Assembly: GCA_965205015.1 (NCBI GenBank)
Contig: OZ242029.1
Span: 3,616,001 to 3,680,000 of the forward strand
DNA length: 64,000 nucleotides
Source of the DNA: Candidatus Poribacteria bacterium
Lineage (GTDB): Bacteria > Poribacteria > WGA-4E > WGA-3G
Reading direction: 5' to 3'
Shown here: piece after piece, positions 28,098-37,224 of the stretch
Layout: every line of letters begins with the position of its first letter
Numbering within the stretch: the first letter of the stretch is position 1
Notes under the pieces: generated by a model
The model's input: the letters and a program-made list of their open reading frames with translations, nothing else
Databases searched by the model: none
What the model was told of the DNA's origin: nothing
Made by a program: the position numbers and the translations under genes

Positions 28098-29063
28098 ATG
28101 GATAAAGTGAAACTCGGTTTCATCGGAACCGGTGGTATGGCTGGCGCGCACATGAGCAACCTTAAAGACAACTTTGAGGACGTTGAATTCTGTGCGATGT
28201 GCGACATCTCGGAAGACCGAGCAAAACAGCGTGCCGAGGAATTTGGCGGCAACGCTTACACCGACTATCGTGTCATGTATGACAAAGAGGATTTGGATGC
28301 CGTCTATATCTGCACACCGCCTTTCGCACACGGTGAACAGGAACGCATCGCCTGTGAAAAAGGCATCGCGATGTTTATTGAGAAGCCGATCCATTCCGAG
28401 TTAGAACCGGCGATCATCATCAATGAATACGTTGAACAGAGCGGTGTCGTCACGAGTGTTGGTTACCACTGGCGTTACGGTGGCAACGCGCAGAACGCGA
28501 AAGCCATGCTTGAAGCGCAACCGCAAATTCTCGGGGCACTCGGATATTGGATGGGTGGAATGCCCGGTACCCCGTGGTGGCGCGTGCGTGCCGAATCCGG
28601 TGGACAACACGTCGAACAGACAACACATATCTTTGATCTCGCTCGTTTCCTCGTCGGTAGCGATGGGAAGACTGTACACGGTGTCGCCGCAAGCGGTAGC
28701 ATGACGCATATAGAGAATTACGATATCGATGACATCAGCATGGTGAACATCGAATTCAAAAACGGTGCTGTTGCGAACATCGTCTCGGCGTGTGCGATGG
28801 AAGGTTTCGGGCGCGTGCATCTTGAAGTCTTCACACGCGGTCTTGTTGTGACCGTTGGGGGTCCGAACGAAGTAAACCGCGGGGGCGAGACAGAACCGCT
28901 CGCAAACGAAGGCGGACAGGACCGGGATCGTGTCTTTATCGATGCCGTAAAGAGCGGTGACACCTCCGAAATTCTATCACCTTACAGTGACGCATTAGAG
29001 ACGCTCCGCATTATGCTCGCGGCGAGTACCTCCTTCCGAACTGGCAAGGCGGTAGACCTGTAG
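28098..29063 (+). CDS. Gfo/Idh/MocA family oxidoreductase
   Basis: GFIGTGGMA, ICTPPFAH, FIEKP and SGGQHVEQTTH motifs. Confidence 0.9.
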   Translation: MDKVKLGFIGTGGMAGAHMSNLKDNFEDVEFCAMCDISEDRAKQRAEEFGGNAYTDYRVMYDKEDLDAVYICTPPFAHGEQERIACEKGIAMFIEKPIHSELEPAIIINEYVEQSGVVTSVGYHWRYGGNAQNAKAMLEAQPQILGALGYWMGGMPGTPWWRVRAESGGQHVEQTTHIFDLARFLVGSDGKTVHGVAASGSMTHIENYDIDDISMVNIEFKNGAVANIVSACAMEGFGRVHLEVFTRGLVVTVGGPNEVNRGGETEPLANEGGQDRDRVFIDAVKSGDTSEILSPYSDALETLRIMLAASTSFRTGKAVDL

Positions 29064-29115
29064 AAAATAACGGGGACGAGGAAACCTCGCCTCTACGAGA
29101 AAGAAAGAGAGAATT

Positions 29116-29871
29116 ATGCCAATTAATCAATCCATCTGTTTCGGCGGTTTCAGCCGTGACAGAGATCCAATAGAAGTCATCAAGAAAGCCGCTGAAATCG
29201 GTTATAAATCCGTTGAAATGCTACCCGCAGAATATTGGTCGGTCGTCCAGGACCACGGGATGCGCGTTGCGATTATCGTCGGACACGCCTCACTTCCCTC
29301 TGGATTGAACGATCCGAGCAACCATGACCGGATTGAAGATGAGATCCTTGAGAACATCGACATTGCGGCGGCAAACGACATTCCCGGACTCATCTGTTTT
29401 TCGGGAAACCGAGAAGGCAGATCGGACGAAGAGGGACGCGATAACACAATCGCAGGCTTGTCCCGTGTTACGAAAGCCGCTGAAGAGAAGGGGATCAATC
29501 TCTGCGTCGAACTGCTCAACAGTAAAGTCAACCACCCGGATTATCAGTGCGATAAGACGGAGTGGGGGGTCGAGGTCTGCAAAGGTGTCGGTTCACCCCG
29601 AGCGCAGCTGCTCTATGACATCTACCACATGCAGATCATGGAAGGCGATCTGATCCGCAACATCACGGATTACAGTGACTATATCGGGCATTACCATACC
29701 GCGGGGAACCCCGGGCGGCACGACCTCGATGACGAGCAGGAGATTTACTATCCTGCCGTGATGCGCGCCATTGTCAACACTGGATACGAACTCTATGTCG
29801 GACATGAATTCGGTCCTAAAGGCGATGCCTTCGATGCGATGCAACACGCCTTTGATGTGTGTAACGTCTAA
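29116..29871 (+). CDS. hyi: Hydroxypyruvate isomerase family TIM-barrel protein
   Basis: ELLNSKVNHPDY, LYDIYHMQIMEG, HYHTAGNPGRH and GHEF motifs. Confidence 0.85.
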   Translation: MPINQSICFGGFSRDRDPIEVIKKAAEIGYKSVEMLPAEYWSVVQDHGMRVAIIVGHASLPSGLNDPSNHDRIEDEILENIDIAAANDIPGLICFSGNREGRSDEEGRDNTIAGLSRVTKAAEEKGINLCVELLNSKVNHPDYQCDKTEWGVEVCKGVGSPRAQLLYDIYHMQIMEGDLIRNITDYSDYIGHYHTAGNPGRHDLDDEQEIYYPAVMRAIVNTGYELYVGHEFGPKGDAFDAMQHAFDVCNV

Positions 29872-30083
29872 GCGTGATAGACATTCGGGGTTACGAACCC
29901 CTCCCACAAGATGTGGACATAGGGTAGGTCTTTGTGCCTGCCCTATTTTTTTGTTAACAAAACGCGGATTCAATGTTATAATTTAAGTGTAGTTGTTATG
30001 CGCGGATGTCTCGGATGTGAAACCACAGCAATTGAAATGGAACAACCACCTAAGACCGATAGCGGTTAAAGGAGGAATTCAAA

Positions 30084-30887
30084 ATGCGGAACGGAATTAA
30101 GGGGTTACTTTTCGCCTTTATTGTTTTTGTTGCGTTGTGTTCTATCGCTGGTGCGAATCTTCAAGACGGGTTACTCGGATATTGGGCACTTGATGAGGCA
30201 GATGGGAAAACTGCCGCCGATTCGAGTGGAAACGGGAACGATGCAACACTTCAAGGGAACGGGGTCAAATGGCAACCGAACGGTGGAAGACTTGGGGGTG
30301 CCTTGGCATTTGATGGCAGTGGTGATGCTGCAGAAGACGATAACGGCGCAGACTATATCAATGGGCTTACGGCTATTACTGTTGCGGTTTGGGTGAAGTC
30401 GGCTGAAACCAACTCCGACCGAGGCTTTATTGATGGACGCGATCCGGGTGGCGACGATACCGTCCTGTCGTTGCGATATGATGCCGCAGGTTTTGAAGCT
30501 GGCGGGAGCGACCTGGTCAAAGCCGGCATTACCACAACAGGCGGAGTCCAACGGCTCGAGACCTCAAGTGACGTGCAGACGAAGTCCTGGCAACATTTTG
30601 CCTTGACATGGAGCAGTGGCAATGAACTGGCACTCTACATCGACGGTGAACTTGATACACCGACCTTTAACAGTCCGGCGACGAAAGGAAAATTGACGGA
30701 TGCCACCAAATTGGTCATAGGGAAGGGTGAGAAGGACCAAGGGCGTTCATGGAATGGACTTATCGACGATGTACGCATCTACGACAGAGTCTTGGATGAT
30801 GCAGAGATTGCCGACCTTGCGGCGGGTGAGCTCGCGGTTGAAGCGAGTGGAAAGTTAGCAACCGTTTGGGCACAGCTCAAGCAATAA
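30084..30887 (+). CDS. Secreted LamG (concanavalin A-like) domain protein with the conserved C-terminal tail
   Basis: GYWALDE, WQHFALTW, LYIDG, GLIDDVRIYDRVL; ends AVEASGKLATVWAQLKQ. Confidence 0.9.
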   Translation: MRNGIKGLLFAFIVFVALCSIAGANLQDGLLGYWALDEADGKTAADSSGNGNDATLQGNGVKWQPNGGRLGGALAFDGSGDAAEDDNGADYINGLTAITVAVWVKSAETNSDRGFIDGRDPGGDDTVLSLRYDAAGFEAGGSDLVKAGITTTGGVQRLETSSDVQTKSWQHFALTWSSGNELALYIDGELDTPTFNSPATKGKLTDATKLVIGKGEKDQGRSWNGLIDDVRIYDRVLDDAEIADLAAGELAVEASGKLATVWAQLKQ

Positions 30888-30911
30888 CATGCCAATTACA
30901 CGATTTTGATA

Positions 30912-31059
30912 GTGAAACCCAATATTCCAGTAAACGTGCCTCTTTGCGATGGAGTGTTGGGTTTCACTCACGTCTCAGAGCGATCAAGCAGACTGGAATC
31001 TGAAGGTTTCTGTGCTAAATACGTCTGATTTTTCATGTCTCGTTCAACCTAACCTACGA
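30912..31059. repeat. Partial GTAGGTTGGGTTGA REP composite at the left edge of the R-M locus
   Basis: gtgaaacccaa ... gttgggtttcact ... cgttcaacctaacctacg; related to 12936-13300 and 52662-52763. Confidence 0.65.
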
Positions 31060-31082
31060 ATCTTTATTTTTTATCAACGAAA

Positions 31083-33497
31083 ATGACACCTGAACAGAGA
31101 GCAAGACGCACCATAGACAAAATGCTTGAAGCAGCAGGATGGTACATCCAAAATTATGCTGAACGTGATACAGCTGCTGCGTTGGGTGTGGCTGTGCGTG
31201 AGTATCGGTTGAGAGCGGATCAGAGGGCGGATTATCTCCTCTTTATCGGTGGCGTTGCAATCGGGGTTATTGAAGCCAAACCAGAAGGCACAACTCTCAG
31301 CGGAGCCCTTCAACAAGCAGAACGGTATCGTGCGAATTTGCCAGATGACTTACCGAATCGCACCAGATTTTTCTTTTCCTACGCCTCAACAGGAGCTGAG
31401 ACATACTTTCGAGATATTCGGGATCCTGATTCTCGTTCTCGACAAGTATTTACATTTCATACGCCTGAAGCACTTGCCAACGCCTTTCACCAACCCAGTA
31501 CCTTGCGTGAGAGACTTAAAACGGATATACCGCGATTAGAGAAAGGCACTCTGAGAGACTGCCAATTTAAGGCAATAAACGGCCTTGAAGATTCTTTGAA
31601 GGAAGCGCGCCCGCGCGCGTTAATCCAAATGGCGACTGGCAGTGGAAAAACGCACGCTGCTGTAACCAGCACATATCGACTCATCAAATTTGCTAAGGTC
31701 AAACGGATCCTTTTTCTCGTAGACCGGCGGAACCTCGGTAGGCAGGCTTTTCGCGAGTTTCAGGGTTACACACCTCTCGATGACAATTCAAGATTCACGG
31801 AACTCTACAACGTTCAACACCTCGCCAGCAACACAATTGATCCGGTAAGTCAGGTCTGTATCACGACACTCCAACGTCTCTATTCTATGCTGAAGGGTGA
31901 AACCGACTATGAAATGGAAGCAGAAGAGTCTTCCGCTTTTGAAAATGAGGGGGAACAGATACCAGAAGTCGTCTATAATCCATCAATCCCTATTGATACT
32001 TTTGACGTTATCATTGTTGATGAATGCCATCGTTCCATCTACGGCAAATGGCGACAGGTGTTGGAATACTTCGATGCTTTCATTATCGGACTCACTGCAA
32101 CGCCGTATAGACAAACGCTCGGCTTTTTTGACCACAACCTCGTGTCTGAATATCGCCACGAACAAGCCGTAGAGGACGATGTAAACGTTGGTTATTACGT
32201 CTATCGGATTCAAACTGAAATTACGCAAAGCGGGAGCACAGTTGAGGCGGGTAGTTATGTCGCAAGACGTGATAGGCAAAGTCGGAGGCTTAACTGGGAT
32301 GAGTTAGACGCTGATGTCGAATATAGGGAAACACAATTGGATCGCGATGTGGTTGCCATAGACCAAATTCGAACAGTGATTCAAGCTTTCAAGGAAAAAC
32401 TTTTCACTGATCTCTTTCCCAGTAGACAAACTGTTCCCAAAACGCTTATCTTTGCGAAAGATGACTCTCATGCCGAGGATATTGTTCAGATTGTCCGAGA
32501 GGTGTTTGCCAAAGGAGACGAATTCTGTCAGAAGATTACCTATCAGAGTGATAGACCGGAAGATCTCATCAGAAGGTTTCGTACACAATTAAATCCACGA
32601 ATCGCTGTAAGTGTGGACATGATTTCTACCGGCACCGATATTAAACCGCTTGAGTGTTTAGTCTTTATGCGTGCTGTTCGGTCAAGTGGTTATTTTGAGC
32701 AGATGATTGGGCGCGGCGTGCGCGTCATCAGTCCTAACGATCTGCAAGCTGTCACCGGTGATGCAACTGCAAAAACGCACTTCATTATTGTTGATGCTGT
32801 CGGTGTCTATGAATCCGTCAAAACCGATTCACGAGCCCTTCCAGGCGAGCCAGCCACTCCTACGGAGCCAAACGGACCACCAGTAAGAGATCCCAACCAG
32901 CTTATTGATGATGTCAGCGTGGATCAAGTTACTGAAACTGGTTTTGACGATCAAAGTTTTACACAGATAGGGATAGTGATTCATGCCTTTAAACAGTTTA
33001 TTGATGAAAATGTGAATGAATTGTCAGCGTTGCAAATTCTTCGCAGAGTGTCAGGCGCGCGAGGCGCGCTGCGTGAAAACGATTTGAAAGCGTTAGAAAA
33101 AGCCTTGCTACAGCATTCAAACAGTCTGAGTCGCGAGTCATTATGGTTGGCTTACAAAAGACGGTCACCAGAGAACGTCCGAGGGGATACGGAACAACGC
33201 ACAGACCTCATATCCCTCGTTCGATTTGCTATGGGGTATAATCTTTTTCTGGAGCCGTTTCGTGCAACTGTCAACCAAAATTTTGAAGAGTGGTTAGGTG
33301 GTAAGGATTTTAACTCGGAGCAACATGAATGGCTTGAATTGATTCGAGACCACATTGCCACTTCACTTGATATTCGGATGGAAGACTTTGAGTACGCTCC
33401 CTTCGCGGAACGTGGAAATGGCACGAGGGTTTATCAACTTTTCGGTGATAACTTAAACAACATTCTAAAGGATCTTACAGAGGAATTGGTTTCCTAA
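31083..33497 (+). CDS. hsdR: Type I restriction enzyme R subunit (EcoEI/EcoAI-like)
   Basis: ADY..VIEAK..QAERY nuclease motifs; MATGSGKT, DECH, TAT and QMIGRG helicase motifs; EcoEI-R-like C-terminus. Confidence 0.93.
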   Translation: MTPEQRARRTIDKMLEAAGWYIQNYAERDTAAALGVAVREYRLRADQRADYLLFIGGVAIGVIEAKPEGTTLSGALQQAERYRANLPDDLPNRTRFFFSYASTGAETYFRDIRDPDSRSRQVFTFHTPEALANAFHQPSTLRERLKTDIPRLEKGTLRDCQFKAINGLEDSLKEARPRALIQMATGSGKTHAAVTSTYRLIKFAKVKRILFLVDRRNLGRQAFREFQGYTPLDDNSRFTELYNVQHLASNTIDPVSQVCITTLQRLYSMLKGETDYEMEAEESSAFENEGEQIPEVVYNPSIPIDTFDVIIVDECHRSIYGKWRQVLEYFDAFIIGLTATPYRQTLGFFDHNLVSEYRHEQAVEDDVNVGYYVYRIQTEITQSGSTVEAGSYVARRDRQSRRLNWDELDADVEYRETQLDRDVVAIDQIRTVIQAFKEKLFTDLFPSRQTVPKTLIFAKDDSHAEDIVQIVREVFAKGDEFCQKITYQSDRPEDLIRRFRTQLNPRIAVSVDMISTGTDIKPLECLVFMRAVRSSGYFEQMIGRGVRVISPNDLQAVTGDATAKTHFIIVDAVGVYESVKTDSRALPGEPATPTEPNGPPVRDPNQLIDDVSVDQVTETGFDDQSFTQIGIVIHAFKQFIDENVNELSALQILRRVSGARGALRENDLKALEKALLQHSNSLSRESLWLAYKRRSPENVRGDTEQRTDLISLVRFAMGYNLFLEPFRATVNQNFEEWLGGKDFNSEQHEWLELIRDHIATSLDIRMEDFEYAPFAERGNGTRVYQLFGDNLNNILKDLTEELVS

Positions 33498-33625
33498 TTT
33501 CCCTTCCTTGTGGGAGCGACCTTTGGTCGTGATTAAAAGGACTTGCCTTCAAATTAGACATTCGGTAAACTTATAGGGACTTAAGACGTTTAATTTAATA
33601 AAAGACATAGAAGAGATTCTCATAA

Positions 33626-35077
33626 ATGCGAACTCGATTTTCTAATGATTTGCCAAGAGGATGGATATGGACAACATTGGAGGAAATCAGCGAGATTATA
33701 CTGGGACAATCTCCTCCGTCCTCAACCTATAACACCGATGGAGAGGGACTGCCTTTCTATCAAGGTAAACTTGAATTTGGGAAACTCTATCCTACCCCGC
33801 GAAAATGGTGCACCACTCCAAAGAAGATTGCCCAAAAAGGCGATGTGTTCATTTCTATTCGCGCCCCAGTTGGACCAACGAACTTGTGTCCAGAGAAATC
33901 TGCGGTAGGAAGAGGGCTTGCCGCAATTCGTGGTTTGGGTGGAATCCAACCGTTATTCATCCTCTACCTGGTGCGTGGATTTGAAAATGAAATCGCAAGT
34001 AAGGGAACTGGAACAACTTTTGATGCAATAACGGGAAACCAACTCAAAACCTTTGAGATTCCAGTTCCACCGTTAGCAGAACAACGCCGCATTGTTGCCA
34101 AGATAGAGACACTGTTTACACAATTAGACGTAGCAGTTGATAGCTTAAAAGAAGCACACACGCAGTTGCAACGGTATCGCCGATCAATCCTCAAGGCTGC
34201 TTTTGACGGGGAGTTGACAAGGGAATGGCGCGAAGGATATTCGGGTGAACTTGAAACGATGCCGGTTTTAGAAGTTCCTACGCTGGACGGTTTACCAGAG
34301 CTGCCTGATAGTTGGGTATGGACGACCTTAGCAAGTTGCGCCGAGATTTTAGATAGTCAACGAGTGCCGATAAACGCAAAAGAACGGGCAACAAGGATAA
34401 GTGGTAAACCTGAGTCAAAACTTTATCCATACTATGGGGCAACTGGACAAGTTGGCTGGATTGATGATTACTTGTTTGATGACGAGCTCGTTTTATTAGG
34501 GGAAGATGGTGCCCCGTTTTTGGACTTTTTAAAAGACACTGCATATCTGATTAAGGGAAAAAGTTGGGTAAATAATCATGCTCATGTTTTGAAAGCAAAA
34601 ACTGAAATTTCGTCAAACCAATTTTTATGCGATTATCTAAATACTGTTGATTATCACGGTTATTTGACTGGAACAACAAGACTAAAACTCAACCAGTCAG
34701 CAATGCGAAAAATACTTGTTCCGATTCCACCGCTTCCTGAGCAGCAGTGCATTATTACAGAAATAGAACGTTGTTTCTGTATTGCTAACAAAGCTGAAAC
34801 AACCATTGCGGCAGAACTTAAACGTGCGGAACGTCTGCGGCAGTCTATCCTAAAACAAGCGTTCTATGGTAAACTCGCGCCGCAAGATCCGAACGATGAA
34901 CCAGCAAGCGTCCTATTGGAGAAAATTCGCGAAGAAAAAGAATATCAACAACCCAAACACGAAAAAAAGACGACGAAATCAAAGGCGCAGGACAGCGATG
35001 ATTATCCACTTCTCACGTTGGCCGGAGCGTTGGAACAAAATGATGATTCCATCAGCGATGCATCGCGGGTAGAATAG
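33626..35077 (+). CDS. hsdS: Type I R-M specificity subunit with an extra C-terminal tail
   Basis: Two TRDs, each followed by PPL.EQ..I; LP.GW.W repeats; SILK.AF.G.L and QDPNDEPASVLLEKI. Confidence 0.93.
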   Translation: MRTRFSNDLPRGWIWTTLEEISEIILGQSPPSSTYNTDGEGLPFYQGKLEFGKLYPTPRKWCTTPKKIAQKGDVFISIRAPVGPTNLCPEKSAVGRGLAAIRGLGGIQPLFILYLVRGFENEIASKGTGTTFDAITGNQLKTFEIPVPPLAEQRRIVAKIETLFTQLDVAVDSLKEAHTQLQRYRRSILKAAFDGELTREWREGYSGELETMPVLEVPTLDGLPELPDSWVWTTLASCAEILDSQRVPINAKERATRISGKPESKLYPYYGATGQVGWIDDYLFDDELVLLGEDGAPFLDFLKDTAYLIKGKSWVNNHAHVLKAKTEISSNQFLCDYLNTVDYHGYLTGTTRLKLNQSAMRKILVPIPPLPEQQCIITEIERCFCIANKAETTIAAELKRAERLRQSILKQAFYGKLAPQDPNDEPASVLLEKIREEKEYQQPKHEKKTTKSKAQDSDDYPLLTLAGALEQNDDSISDASRVE

Positions 35078-35090
35078 CGAGGTAATAACG

Positions 35091-35372
35091 GTGAATAAAA
35101 AAGATCAAGGCGAGTTTAAGAGAAAGGATGCTGATCCACTCCTCGCCCTTGCAGGAACGCTGAAATTTGATGTTAAAAAAATAAAGAAACGCATCAAGGA
35201 TTCTGTCCGTCTACAGATACGTGTAGTTGAAGGTCCCTATGCAAATCACCCAGATCCGCTCATCGCGTTGGCCGGAACGCTGCAATCTGATGTCACCGAC
35301 ATCGGTGAACGGCATGATGACTATATCGCGGACGCACTGTTGGTAGAATTATGGGGAGATCCAGATGAATAA
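35091..35372 (+). CDS. Small antitoxin-like protein with a duplicated DPL(L/I)ALAGTL motif
   Basis: GTG start with GAGGT RBS; C-terminal DPLIALAGTLQSDVTDIGERHDDYI resembles antitoxins usually paired with PIN toxins. Confidence 0.55.
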   Translation: MNKKDQGEFKRKDADPLLALAGTLKFDVKKIKKRIKDSVRLQIRVVEGPYANHPDPLIALAGTLQSDVTDIGERHDDYIADALLVELWGDPDE

Positions 35373-35598
35373 AGTAGACGTGAAGTGTAAGGCAAGAGAA
35401 GTTTTTGTTCTCGAATTCCTGCGTCAAGGCAATATTAGTGCCGGTAGAGCGGCACGACTGCTCAACATTTCGCGATGGGATCTCTTGGAATTGATGTACG
35501 AGGCCGGAATCTCTCCTTTTGACGACAGCCTTACAGGAGAAACGTTAGATGCTGAAGTTAAAAGTGCATTGAAAGATTTTGATGAACCCAACCTATAA
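35365..35598 (+). CDS. UPF0175-family (HTH) antitoxin-like protein, N-terminally short
   Basis: G.ISAGRAARLLNISRWDLLELM...GI motif; 8-bp overlap with the upstream ORF. Confidence 0.7.
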   Translation: MNKVDVKCKAREVFVLEFLRQGNISAGRAARLLNISRWDLLELMYEAGISPFDDSLTGETLDAEVKSALKDFDEPNL

Positions 35599-35732
35599 CA
35601 TTCTTATGAGCTATCAAACCGGATATTTGCAAAGTACCAATGCTGAAATAGTTATTGTGTTTGATAAAAATCTATGTTAAAATATACAAAAGAGTAGTAA
35701 ATTAATCTTAAAATTTGATTAGGTAGTACATT

Positions 35733-36548
35733 ATGGATGCAGAAAAAAGGAAACTTGATTTCGATAACCCTCCCGTAGAAGAGGTCGTATTGAGTATTCT
35801 TTTTCAATCACTCGATAACCTTCTGGCACCTCATCTTGGGGAAATTTGGCAGGTATTTAAAAAAGATGGGTTTATACGAATAATGGAGCAGCCACCGGTC
35901 ATACCGACTATGGAAACCTTCCCGAACCCAAGTCGGGAGCCTCAATTCCATATTAATGTTCCGGACCTTCCAAGGATTTGGTTCATCCATGAAAATGATA
36001 ACCAAATTCTACAAGTTCAACGCGATCGATTTACATTTAATTGGCGCAAAACCAAATCAGGTCAGAAATATCCTGGATTCTCAGCAATTTTTGAAAGTTT
36101 TGAAGGCTTCTATAATCGATTCTGCCAGACCATCAAAAACATGGACATTGGTTTATTGACTCCTTTGCAGTATGAACTAACCTATATTGATCAGCTGCCG
36201 CAAGGGGACAGTTGGAATACCCTTTATGATATAGGAAAAATCTACGATCCGTTTGTTGATTTCCAACAATCAGACTCATTTTGGTCAGATGCCGACTTTG
36301 TGAATTTACGGGTGTCATTCCCTATCCCAAACTTGCAAGGTCGTTTACATCTCGCAGTTGGTAATCGAGTAAAACACCCAGAACAACAACAAACGCTACA
36401 AACTGATTTTACAGCACGCGGTTTTTCAGAGAACACAGAATCTGAAATGAATATGTGGTTTGAGTTGGCGCATGACCAGATTCGTGAGAAATTTAGTAGC
36501 ATCTTTACAGAAGACATCCAGACACACGTATGGAAACGAAAATCATGA
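35733..36548 (+). CDS. TIGR04255-family (sporadically distributed) protein
   Basis: FDNPPVEEVVLSILF, RIWF, ILQVQRDRFTFNWRK...YPGF and ELTYID motifs; final AHD.I...F...FT. Confidence 0.8.
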   Translation: MDAEKRKLDFDNPPVEEVVLSILFQSLDNLLAPHLGEIWQVFKKDGFIRIMEQPPVIPTMETFPNPSREPQFHINVPDLPRIWFIHENDNQILQVQRDRFTFNWRKTKSGQKYPGFSAIFESFEGFYNRFCQTIKNMDIGLLTPLQYELTYIDQLPQGDSWNTLYDIGKIYDPFVDFQQSDSFWSDADFVNLRVSFPIPNLQGRLHLAVGNRVKHPEQQQTLQTDFTARGFSENTESEMNMWFELAHDQIREKFSSIFTEDIQTHVWKRKS

Positions 36549-37093
36549 GTACACGCAAAAGTTTCATCCCACATCCCGGCTATCAGAGTCAAATGGAATC
36601 GGAATTTATGAGTGCCCCCAATACCTTATCTTCAACTTCTTACGGCGTAGGTTTGCAAACTTACCAGACTAATCCTCCAATTGCAGATGAGAGGATATCG
36701 GGTTCGCCTCTGGACGCAAACCTATATTTATCTTGGATGGATGATGCCGATCGACAACTACAGGAAGTTCGTCAAGAAGCAGATGAAGCTTATATATTAG
36801 ATAATGAAATTGATCCGGTACCGGAGTCGGCATACGATGATGCTCTCTTTCTCTTAGAAGCATTCTTCCACTTTGGTATTCCTATGCCGGACTTGAGTTG
36901 GGCTGAAGATGGTAGTCTTACGCTTGGATGGTACCCAGAAAAAGGTACTATAGCAATCGGGATATATGGAGACAATCTTGTCATCTTTACTGCTTTCTTT
37001 GCAGAAAAACGTCAACTTGAAGGAATCTGCGAATTATCAGATACTCCAATGTTAGCAGGTTTCCTCACAACATTACTAAATATCCTCTATTAG
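36545..37093 (+). CDS. Acidic hypothetical protein translationally coupled to the TIGR04255 gene
   Basis: ATGA overlap at 36545-36548; low-complexity N-terminus; P.P.L...EDGSLTLGW core. Confidence 0.7.
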   Translation: MSTRKSFIPHPGYQSQMESEFMSAPNTLSSTSYGVGLQTYQTNPPIADERISGSPLDANLYLSWMDDADRQLQEVRQEADEAYILDNEIDPVPESAYDDALFLLEAFFHFGIPMPDLSWAEDGSLTLGWYPEKGTIAIGIYGDNLVIFTAFFAEKRQLEGICELSDTPMLAGFLTTLLNILY

Positions 37094-37188
37094 GACTTAC
37101 GCATTTCCTTTTAAAGTTCCCTGATAAGGGGAATTTAGGGGGTTAAATTGCTGAAATAACGCCTTTTTACACAATTTGCGTAAATCCT
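37092..37188. mobile_element. About 97-bp MITE with AGGACTTACGCA terminal inverted repeats
   Basis: aggacttacgca (37092) ... tgcgtaaatcct (37188); related element at 53728-53849. Confidence 0.7.
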
Positions 37189-37224
37189 GTTAATAAGAAC
37201 TATCTTTGTAATTAAGGAACTGAT

